This document shows positions 1-10,032 of a stretch of 24,843 nucleotides of DNA, piece by piece. The position numbers and the translations under genes are program-made. Source of the stretch: Utricularia gibba (Eukaryota; Plantae; Magnoliophyta); NCBI GenBank assembly GCA_002189035.1, contig NEEC01000433.1:1-24843 (forward strand). Reading direction: 5' to 3'. Position 1 is the stretch's first letter. Every line of letters starts with the position of its first letter. Under the pieces are notes generated by a model. It was not told where the DNA came from. It did no database searches and saw only the letters and a list, made by a program, of their open reading frames with translations.

Positions 1-3000
1 ATGCAAATCGATTAAAAAAAATGATGCATTTGTTTAAATTGCGATATCACGTGCACCCCACATGATTTTTTCAACAACTTACTTTATACTTGAGGAGGCG
101 GTCTTGGGTGCACCTGGAACGGGACAAAGGTAAGGTTTGGCTTGCGCGAGAGTTAGTTGTAGCCGGCAATAAAGTGATGTATTTATTATCGTTCGGTTTT
201 CGGGGCCTACATGGTTTTTCAAGGAACCGCTTCTCGTTTTGTGGCGGCCAGTCTCGCTGGGAACTTGGTCCTTGACCCGATTCTGTATGGCTCATGAGGT
301 CAACGGATGCAAATCGATTAAAAAAAATGATGCATTTGTTTAAATTGCGATATCACGTGCACCCCACATGATTTTTTCAACACTTACTTTATACTTGAGG
401 AGGCGGTCTTGGGTGCACTGAACGGGACAAAGGTAAGGTTTGGCTTGCGCCGAGAGTTAGTTGTAGCCCGGCAAATAAAGTGATGTATTTATTATCGTTC
501 GGTTTCGGGGGCTGCCTACATGGTTTTTCAAGGAACCGCTTCTCGTTTTGGGCGGCCAGTCTCGCTGGGAACTTGGTCCTTGACCCCGATTCTGTATGGC
601 TCATGAGGTCAACCGGATGCAAATCGATTAAAAAAAATGATGCATTTGTTTAAATTGCGATATCACGTGCACCCACCATGATTTTTCAACAACTTACTTT
701 ATACTTGAGGAGGCGGTCTTGGGTGCACCTGGAACGGGACAAAGGTAGGTTTGGCTTGCGCCAGAGTTAGTTGGCCGAAATAAAGTGATGTATTTATTAT
801 CGTTCGGTTTTCGGGGGCTGCCTACATGGTTTTTCAAGGAACCGCTTCTCGTTTTGTGGCGGCCAGTCTCGCTGGGAACTTGGTCCTTGACCCCGATTCT
901 GTATGGCTCATGAGGTCAACCGGATGCAAATCGATTAAAAAAAATGATGCATTTGTTTAAATTGCGATATCACGTGCACCCCACATGATTTTTTCAACAA
1001 CTTACTTTATACTTGAGGAGGCGGTCTTGGGTGCACTGGAACGGGACAAAGGTAAGGTTTGGCTTGCGCCGAGAGTTAGTTGTAGCCGGCAAATAAAGTG
1101 ATGTATTTATTATCGTTCGGTTTTCGGGGGCTGCCTACATGGTTTTTCAAGGAACCGCTTCTCGTTTTGTGGCGGCCAGTCTCGCTGGGAACTTGGTCCT
1201 TGACCCCGATTCTGTATGGCTCATGAGGTCAACCGGATGCAAATCGATTAAAAAAATGATGCATTTGTTTAAATTGCGATATCACGTGCACCCACATGAT
1301 TTTTTCAACAACTTACTTTATACTTGAGGAGGCGGTCTTGGGGTGCACTGAACGGGACAAAGGTAGGTTTGGCTTGCGCCGAGAGTTAGTTGTAGCCCGG
1401 CAAATAAAGTGATGTATTTATTATCGTTCGGTTTTCGGGGGCTGCCTACATGGTTTTTCAAGGAACCGCTTCTCGTTTTGTGGCGGCCAGTCTCGCTGGG
1501 AACTTGGTCCTTGACCCCGATTCTGTATGGCTCATGAGGTCAACCGGATGCAAATCGATTAAAAAAAATGATGCATTTGTTTAAATTGCGATATCACGTG
1601 CACCCCACATGATTTTTTCAACAACTTACTTTATACTTGAGGAGGCGGTCTTGGGTGCACCTGAACGGACAAAGGTAAGGTTTGGCTTGCGCCGAGAGTT
1701 AGTTGTAGCCCGGCAAATAAAGTGATGTATTTATTATCGTTCGGTTTCGGGGGCTGCCTACATGGTTTTTCAAGGAACCGCTTCTCGTTTTGTGGCGGCC
1801 AGTCTCGCTGGGAACTTGGTCCTTGACCCCGATTCTGTATGGCTCATGAGGTCAACCGGATGCAAATCGATTAAAAAAAATGATGCATTTGTTTAAATTG
1901 CGATATCACGTGCACCCCACATGATTTTTTCAACAACTTACTTTATACTTGAGGAGGCGGTCTTGGGGTGCACTGGAACGGGACAAAGGTAAGGTTTGGC
2001 TTGGAGTTAGTTGTAGCCCGGCAAATAAAGTGATGTATTTATTATCGTTCGGTTTTCGGGGGCTGCCTACATGGTTTTTCAAGGAACCGCTTCTCGTTTT
2101 GTGGCGGCCAGTCTCGCTGGGAACTTGGTCCTTGACCCGATTCTGTATGGCTCATGAGGTCAACCGGATGCAAATCGATTAAAAAAAATGATGCATTTGT
2201 TTAAATTGCGATATCACGTGCACCCACATGATTTTTTCAACAACTTACTTTATACTTGAGGAGGCGGTCTTGGGTGCACCTGAACGGGACAAAGGTAAGG
2301 TTTGGCTTGCGCCGAGAGTTAGTTGTAGCCCGACAAATAAAGTGATGTATTTATTATCGTTCGTTTTCGGGGGCTGCCTACATGGTTTTTCAAGGAACCG
2401 CTTCTCGTTTTGTGGCGGCCAGTCTCGCTGGGAACTTGGTCCTTGACCCCGATTCTGTATGGCTCATGAGGTCAACCGGATGCAAATCGATTAAAAAAAA
2501 TGATGCATTTGTTTAAATTGCGATATCACGTGCACCCCACATGATTTTTTCAACAACTTACTTTATACTTGAGGAGGCGGTCTTGGGTGCACCTGAACGG
2601 GACAAAGGTAAGGTTTGGCTTGCGCCGAGAGTTAGTTGTAGCCCGGCAAATAAAGTGATGTATTTATTATCGTTCGTTTTCGGGGCTGCCTACATGGTTT
2701 TTCAAGGAACCGCTTCTCGTTTTGTGGCGGCCAGTCTCGCTGGGAACTTGGTCCTTGACCCCCGATTCTGTATGGCTCATGAGGTCAACCGGATGCAAAT
2801 CGATTAAAAAAAATGATGCATTTGTTTAAATTGCGATATCACGTGCACCCCACATGATTTTTTCAACAACTTACTTTATACTTGAGGAGGCGGTCTTGGG
2901 GTGCACCTGGAACGGGACAAAGGTAAGGTTTGGCTTGCGCCGAGAGTTAGTTGTAGCCCGGCAAATAAAGTGATGTATTTTTATCGTTCGGTTTTCGGGG

Positions 3001-6000
3001 GCTGCCTACATGGTTTTTCAAGGAACCGCTTCTCGTTTTGTGGCGGCCAGTCTCGCTGGGAACTTGGTCTTGACCCGATTCTGTATGGCTCATGAGGTCA
3101 ACCGGATGCAAATCGATTAAAAAAAATGATGCATTTGTTTAAATTGCGATATCACGTGCACCCCACATGATTTTTTCAACAACTTACTTTATACTTGAGG
3201 AGGCGGTCTTGGGGTGCACCTGAAACGGGACAAAGGTAAGGTTTGGCTTGCGCCGAGAGTTAGTTGTAGCCCACAAATAAAGTGATGTATTTATCGTTCG
3301 GTTTTCGGGGCTGCCTACATGGTTTTTCAAGGAACCGCTTCTCGTTTTGTGGCGGCCAGTCTCGCTGGGAACTTGGTCCTTGACCCCGATTCTGTATGGC
3401 TCATGAGGTCAACCGGATGCAAATCGATTAAAAAAAATGATGCATTTGTTTAAATTGCGATATCACGTGCACCCCACATGATTTTTTCAACAACTTACTT
3501 TATACTTGAGGAGGCGGTCTTGGGTGCACCTGGAACGGGACAAAGGTAAGGTTTGGCTTGCGCCGAGAGTTAGTTGTAGCCCGGCAAATAAAGTGATGTA
3601 TTATTATCGTTCGGTTTTCGGGGCTGCCTACATGGTTTTTCAAGGAACCGCTTCTCGTTTTGTGGCGGCCAGTCTCGCTGGGAACTTGGTCCTTGACCCC
3701 GATTCTGTATGGCTCATGAGGTCAACCGGATGCAAATCGATTAAAAAAAATGATGCATTTGTTTAAATTGCGATATCACGTGCACCCACATGATTTTTTC
3801 AACAACTTACTTTATACTTGAGGAGGCGGTCTTGGGTGCACTTGAACGGGACAAAGGTAAGGTTTGGCTTGTTAGTTGTAGCCCGGCAAATAAAGTGATG
3901 TATTTATTATCGTTCGGTTTTCGGGGGCTGCCTACATGGTTTTTCAAGGAACCGCTTCTCGTTTTGTGGCGGCCAGTCTCGCTGGGAACTTGGTCCTTGA
4001 CCCCGATTCTGTATGGCTCATGAGGTCAACCGATGCAAATCGATTAAAAAAATGATGCATTTGTTTAAATTGCGATATCACGTGCACCCACATGATTTTT
4101 TCAACAACTTACTTTATACTTGAGAGGCGGTCTTGGGTGCACCTGGAACGGGACAAAGGTAAGGTTTGGCTTGCGCCGAGAGTTAGTTGTAGCTAAAGTG
4201 ATGTATTTATTATCGTTCGGTTTTCGGGCTGCCTACATGGTTTTTCAAGGAACCGCTTCTCGTTTTGTGGCGGCCAGTCTCGCTGGGAACTTGGTCCTTG
4301 ACCCCGATTCTGTATGGCTCATGAGGTCAACCGGATGCAAATCGATTAAAAAAAATGATGCATTTGTTTAAATTGCGATATCATGTGCACCCCACATGAT
4401 TTTTCAACAACTTACTTTATACTTGAGGAGGCGGTCTTGGGGTGCACTGGAACGGGACAAAGGTAAGGTTTGGCTTGCGCCGAGAGTTAGTTGTAGCCCG
4501 ACAAATAAAGTGATGTATTTATTATCGTTCGTTTTCGGGGGCTGCCTACATGGTTTTTCAAGGAACCGCTTCTCGTTTTGTGGCGGCCAGTCTCGCTGGG
4601 AACTTGGTCCTTGACCCCGATTCTGTATGGCTCATGAGGTCAACCGGATGCAAATCGATTAAAAAAAATGATGCATTTGTTTAAAATTGCGATATGACGT
4701 GCACCCACATGATTTTTTCAACAACTTACTTTATACTTGAGGAGGCGGTCTTGGGGTGCACCTGGAACGGGACAAAGGTAAGGTTTGGCTTGCGCCGAGA
4801 GTTAGTTGTAGCCCACAAATAAAGTGATGTATTATTATCGTTCGGTTTTCGGGGCTGCCTACATGGTTTTTCAAGGAACCGCTTCTCGTTTTGTGGCGGC
4901 CAGTCTCGCTGGAAACTTGGTCCTTGACCCCGATTCTGTATGGCTCATGAGGTCAACCGGATGCAAATCGATTAAAAAAAATGATGCATTTGTTTAAATT
5001 GCGATATCATGCACCCCACATGATTTTTTCAACAACTTACTTTATACTTGAGGAGGCGGTCTTGGGTGCAGCTGGAACGGGACAAAGGTAAGGTTTGGCT
5101 TGCGCCGAGAGTTAGTTGTTAAGTGATGTATTTATTATCGTTCGGTTTTCGGGGGCTGCCTACATGGTTTTCAAGGAACCGCTTCTCGTTTTGTGGCGCC
5201 AGTCTCGCTGGGAACTTGGTCTTGACCCCGATTCTGTATGGCTCATGAGGTCAACCGGATGCAAATCGATTAAAAAAAATGATGCATTTGTTTAAATTGC
5301 GATGTGCACCCCACATGATTTTTCAACAACTTACTTTATACTTGAGGAGGCGGTCTAAACGGGAAAGGTAAGGTTTGGCTTGCTTAGTTGTATAAAGTCG
5401 TTCGACATGGTTTTTCAAGGAAGCTTCTCGTTTTGTGGCGGCCAGTCTCGCTGGGAGGTCCTTGACCCCGATTCCATGAGGTCAACCGGATGCAAATCGA
5501 TTAAAAAAAATGATGCATTTGTTTAAATTGCGATATCACGTGCACCCCACATGATTTTTTCAACAACTTACTTTATACTTGAGAGGCGGTCTTGGGGTGC
5601 ACCGGGACAAAGGTAGGTTTGGCTTGCGCCGAGAGTTAGTTGTAGCCCCAAATAAAGTGATGTATTTATTATCGTTCGTTTTCGGGGCTGCCTACATGGT
5701 TTTTCAAGGAACCGCTTCTCGTTTTGTGGCGGCCAGTCTCGCTGGGAACTTGGTCCTTGACCCCGATTCTGTATGGCTCATGAGGTCAACCGGATGCAAA
5801 TCGATTAAAAAAAATGATGCATTTGTTTAAATTGCGATATCACGTGCACCCCACATGATTTTTTCAACAACTTACTTTATACTTGAGGAGGCGGTCTTGG
5901 GTGCACCTGAACGGGACAAAGGTAAGGTTTGGCTTGCGCGAGAGTTAGTTGTAGCCCGGCAAATAAGTGATGTATTTATTATCGTTCGGTTTTCGGGGTG

Positions 6001-6413
6001 CCTACATGGTTTTTCAAGGAACCGCTTCTCGTTTTGTGGCGGCCAGTCTCGCTGGGAACTTGGTCCTTGACCCCGATTCTGTATGGCTCATGAGGTCAAC
6101 CGGATGCAAATCGATTAAAAAAAATGATGCATTTGTTTAAATTGCGATATCACGTGCACCCCCATGATTTTTTCAACAACTTACTTTATACTTGAGGAGG
6201 CGGTCTTGGGTGCACTGAACGGACAAAGGTAAGGTTTGGCTTGCGCCGAGAGTTAGTTGTAGCCCGACAAATAAAGTGATGTATTTATTATCGTTCGGTT
6301 TTCGGGGGCTGCCTACATGGTTTTTCAAGGAACCGCTTCTCGTTTTGTGGCGCCAGTCTCGCTGGGAACTTGGTCCTTGACCCCGATTCTGTATGGCTCA
6401 TGAGGTCAACCGG

Positions 6414-6569
6414 ATGCAAATCGATTAAAAAAAATGATGCATTTGTTTAAATTGCGATATCACGTGCACCCCACATGATTTTTTCAACAACTTACTTTAT
6501 ACTTGAGGAGGCGGTCTTGGGGTGCACTGGAACGGGACAAAGGTAAGGTTTGGCTTGCGCCGAGAGTTA
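6414..6569. repeat. Sub-repeat A (~157 bp) of the dimeric unit, shown for copy 22
   Basis: Aligns almost without gaps to 6570-6727 at offset ~156-158, e.g. AAAAAAAATGATGCATTTGTT (6427-6447) versus AAATAAAGTGATGTATTTATT (6583-6603). The boundary is arbitrary because the array is circularly permuted. Confidence 0.8.
6464..6527. other. Perfect 10-bp inverted repeat GTGCACCCCA / TGGGGTGCAC with a 44-nt spacer, present once per unit
   Basis: Arms at 6464-6473 and 6518-6527; the same arrangement occurs at 1910-1919 and 1964-1973. In other copies the arms differ mostly by G/C run length or by the GTGCAG allele. Confidence 0.85.
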
Positions 6570-6727
6570 GTTGTAGCCCGGCAAATAAAGTGATGTATTT
6601 ATTATCGTTCGGTTTTCGGGGGCTGCCTACATGGTTTTTCAAGGAACCGCTTCTCGTTTTGTGGCGGCCAGTCTCGCTGGGAACTTGGTCTTGACCCCGA
6701 TTCTGTATGGCTCATGAGGTCAACCGG
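6570..6727. repeat. Sub-repeat B (~158 bp) of the dimeric unit, shown for copy 22
   Basis: ACATGGTTTTTCAA (6629-6642) matches ACATGATTTTTTCAA (6473-6487); TTGTGGCGGC matches TTGAGGAGGC; GTATGGCT matches GTTTGGCT, all at offset ~156-158. Confidence 0.8.
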
Positions 6728-9700
6728 ATGCAAATCGATTAAAAAAATGATGCATTTGTTTAAATTGCGATATGACGTGCACCCACATGATTTTTTTTCA
6801 ACAACTTACTTTATACTTGAGGAGGCGGTCTTGGGGGTGCAACGGGACAAAGGTAAGGTTTGGCTTGCGCCGAGAGTTAGTTGTAGCCACAAATAAAGTG
6901 ATGTATTTATTATCGTTCGGTTTTCGGGGCTGCCTACATGGTTTTTCAAGGAACCGCTTCTCGTTTTGTGGCGGCCAGTCTCGCTGGGAACTTGGTCCTT
7001 GATTCTGTATGGCTCATGAGGTCAACCGGATGCAAATCGATTAAAAAAAATGATGCATTTGTTTAAATTGCGATATTGCACCCCACATGATTTTTTTCAA
7101 CAACTTATACTTGAGGAGGCGGTCTTGGGGTGCACCTTAAGGTTTGGCTTGCTTAGTTGTATAAGTGATGTATTTATCGGTTTTCGGGGGCTGCCTACAT
7201 GGTTTTTCAAGGAACCGCTTCTCGTTTTGTGGCGGCCAGTCTCGCTGGGAACTTGGTCCTTGACCCCGATTCTGTATGGCTCATGAGGTCAACCGGATGC
7301 AAATCGATTAAAAAAATGATGCATTTGTTTAAATTGCGATATCACGTGCACCCCACATGATTTTTTCAACAACTTACTTTATACTTGAGGAGGCGGTCTT
7401 GGGGTGCACTGGAACGGGACAAAGGTAAGGTTTGGCTTGGAGTTAGTTGTAGCCCGGCAAATAAAGTGATGTATTTATTACGTTCGGTTTTCGGGGGCTG
7501 CCTACATGGTTTTTCAAGGAACCGCTTCTCGTTTTGTGGCGGCCAGTCTCGCTGGGAATTGGTCCTTGACCCCGATTCTGTATGGCTCATGAGGTCAAAT
7601 GGAAATCGATTAAAAAAAATGATGCATTTGTTTAAATTGCGATATCACGTGCACCCCACATGATTTTTTTCAACAACTTACTTTATACTTGAGGAGGCGG
7701 TCTTGGGGTGCACTGGAACGGGACAAAGGTAAGGTTTGGCTTGCGCCGAGAGTTAGTTGTAGCCCGGCAAATAAAGTGATGTATTTATTATCGTTCGGTT
7801 TTCGGGGCCTACATGGTTTTTCAAGGAACCGCTTCTCGTTTTGTGGCGGCCAGTCTCGCTGGGAACTTGGTCCTTGACCCCGATTCTGTATGGCTCATGA
7901 GGTCAACCGGATGCAAATCGATTAAAAAAATGATGCATTTGTTTAAATTGCGATATCACGTGCACCCCACATGATTTTTTCAACAACTTACTTTATACTT
8001 GAGCGGTCTTGGGTGCACCTGGAACGGACAAAGGTAGGTTTGGCTTGCGCGAGAGTTAGTTGTAGCTCGGTTTTCGGGGGCTGCCTACATGGTTTTTCAA
8101 GGAACCGCTTCTCGTTTTGTGGCGGCCAGTCTCGCTGGGAACTTGGTCCTTGACCCCGATTCTGTATGGCTCATGAGGTCAACCGGATGCAAATCGATTA
8201 AAAAAATGATGCATTTGTTTAAATTGCGATATCACGTGCACCCCACATGATTTTTTCAACAACTTACTTTATACTTGAGGAGGCGGTCTTGGGTGCACCT
8301 GAACGGGACAAAGGTAAGGTTTGGCTTGCGCCGAGAGTTAGTTGTAGCCCCAAAAAAGTGATGTATTTATTATCGTTCGGTTTTCGGGGGCTGCCTACAT
8401 GGTTTTTCAAGGAACCGCTTCTCGTTTTGTGGCGCCAGTCTCGCTGGGAACTTGGTCCTTGACCCCGATTCTGTATGGCTCATGAGGTCAACCGGATGCA
8501 AATCGATTAAAAAAAATGATGCATTTGTTTAAATTGCGATATCACGTGCACCCCACATGATTTTTCAACAACTTACTTTATACTTGAGGAGGCGGTCTTG
8601 GGGTGCACCTGGAACGGGACAAAGGTAAGGTTTGGCTTGCGCCGAGAGTTAGTTGTAGCCCGCAAATAAAGTGATGTATTTATTATCGTTCGGTTTTCGG
8701 GGCTGCCTACATGGTTTTTCAAGGAACCGCTTCTCGTTTTGTGGCGGCCAGTCTCGCTGGGAACTTGGTCCTTGACCCGATTCTGTATGGCTCATGAGGT
8801 CAACCGGATGCAAATCGATTAAAAAAAATGATGCATTTGTTTAAATTGCGATATCACGTGCACCCCACATGATTTTTTCAACAACTTACTTTATACTTGA
8901 GGAGGCGGTCTTGGGTGCACCTGAACGGACAAAGGTAAGGTTTAGAGTTAGTTGTAGCAAATAAAGTGATGTATTTATTATCGTTCGGTTTCGGGGGCTG
9001 CCTACATGGTTTTTCAAGGAACCGCTTCTCGTTTTGTGGCGGCCAGTCTCGCTGGGAAACTTGGTCCTTGACCCCGATTCTGTATGGCTCATGAGGTCAA
9101 CCGGATGCAAATCGATTAAAAAAATGATGCATTTGTTTAAATTGCGATATCACGTGCACCCCACATGATTTTTCAACAACTTACTTTATACTTGAGGAGG
9201 CGGTCTTGGGGTGCACCTGGAACGGGACAAAGGTAAGGTTTGGCTTGCGAGAGTTAGTTGTAGCCAAATAAAGTGATGTATTTATTATCGTTCGGTTTTC
9301 GGGGGCTGCCTACATGGTTTTTCAAGGAACGCTTCTCGTTTTGTGGCGGCCAGTCTCGCTGGGAACTTGGTCCTTGACCCGATTCTGTATGGCTCATGAG
9401 GTCAACCGGATGCAAATCGATTAAAAAAAATGATGCATTTGTTTAAATTGCGATATCACGTGCACCCCACATGATTTTTTCAACAACTTACTTTATACTT
9501 GAGGAGGCGGTCTTGGGGTGCACTGGAACGGGACAAAGGTAAGGTTTGGCTTGCGCGAGAGTTAGTTGTAGCCCGACAAATAAAGTGATGTATTTATTAT
9601 CGTTCGGTTTTCGGGGCTGCCTACATGGTTTTTCAAGGAACGCTTCTCGTTTTGTGGCGGCCAGTCTCGCTGGGAACTTGGTCCTTGACCCCGATTCTGT

Positions 9701-10032
9701 ATGGCTCATGAGGTCAACCGGATGCAAATCGATTAAAAAAAAATGATGCATTTGTTTAAATTGCGATATCACGTGCACCCCACATGATTTTTTCAACAAC
9801 TTACTTTATACTTGAGGAGGCGGTCTTGGGTGCACTGGAACGGGACAAAGGTAAGGTTTGGCTTGCGCCGAGAGTTAGTTGTAGCACAAATAAAGTGATG
9901 TATTTATTATCGTTCGGTTTTCGGGGCTGCCTACATGGTTTTTCAAGGAACCGCTTCTCGTTTTGTGGCGGCCAGTCTCGCTGGGAACTTGGTCCTTGAC
10001 CCCGATTCTGTATGGCTCATGAGGTCAACCGG

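Larger units (their letters stand above)
6414..6727. repeat. Representative near-consensus repeat unit (copy 22, 314 bp)
   Basis: Differs from the hand consensus only by two single-base losses (GCACTGG for GCACCTGG, GGTCTTG for GGTCCTTG). Used as the coordinate reference for motifs. Confidence 0.93.

Noticed and set aside
1-8. Octamer ATGCAAAT as an snRNA or histone promoter element
   Set aside because: No recognisable snRNA or histone coding sequence follows it; an 8-mer match alone does not support a promoter call.
4321-4335. Window-wide single-base run-length differences and AACCG/AACCGG alternation as programmed variation (phase variation or editing)
   Set aside because: They sit in homopolymers, are deletion-biased and show no linkage I can detect, which is what long-read basecalling error produces.
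6496-6512. TTTATACTTG(A/G)GGAGG resembling the plant RNA polymerase I start motif (TATATAGGG-like) of rDNA spacer sub-repeats
   Set aside because: The match is loose, no rRNA sequence is in the window, and 81 or more copies over 25 kb exceeds ordinary intergenic spacer arrays.
6536-6548. Strong splice-donor-like ACAAAG/GTAAGG suggesting a tandem spliced-leader RNA gene
   Set aside because: The upstream sequence matches no spliced leader I know, there is no canonical Sm site (RAU4-6GR) downstream of the donor, and the dimeric substructure is better explained as satellite.
6553-6576. 5S rRNA-like patch: GCTTGCGC(C)GAGAGTTAGTTGTAG versus plant 5S GCTTGGGCGAGAGTAGTACTAG, plus CTCGCTGGGAACTTGGTCC versus CTCCTGGGAAGTCC
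   Set aside because: The unit length is like a 5S rDNA repeat, but there is no ~120-nt 5S homology. The two patches are ~95 nt apart instead of ~10 and lie in different halves of the dimer. Probably chance; a cmsearch with RF00001 would settle it.
6709-6740. Hammerhead-like text CTCATGAG...GCAAATC at the unit junction
   Set aside because: The catalytic core needs CTGATGA and GAAA; both are mismatched (CTCATGA, CAAA), and I see no flanking helices.
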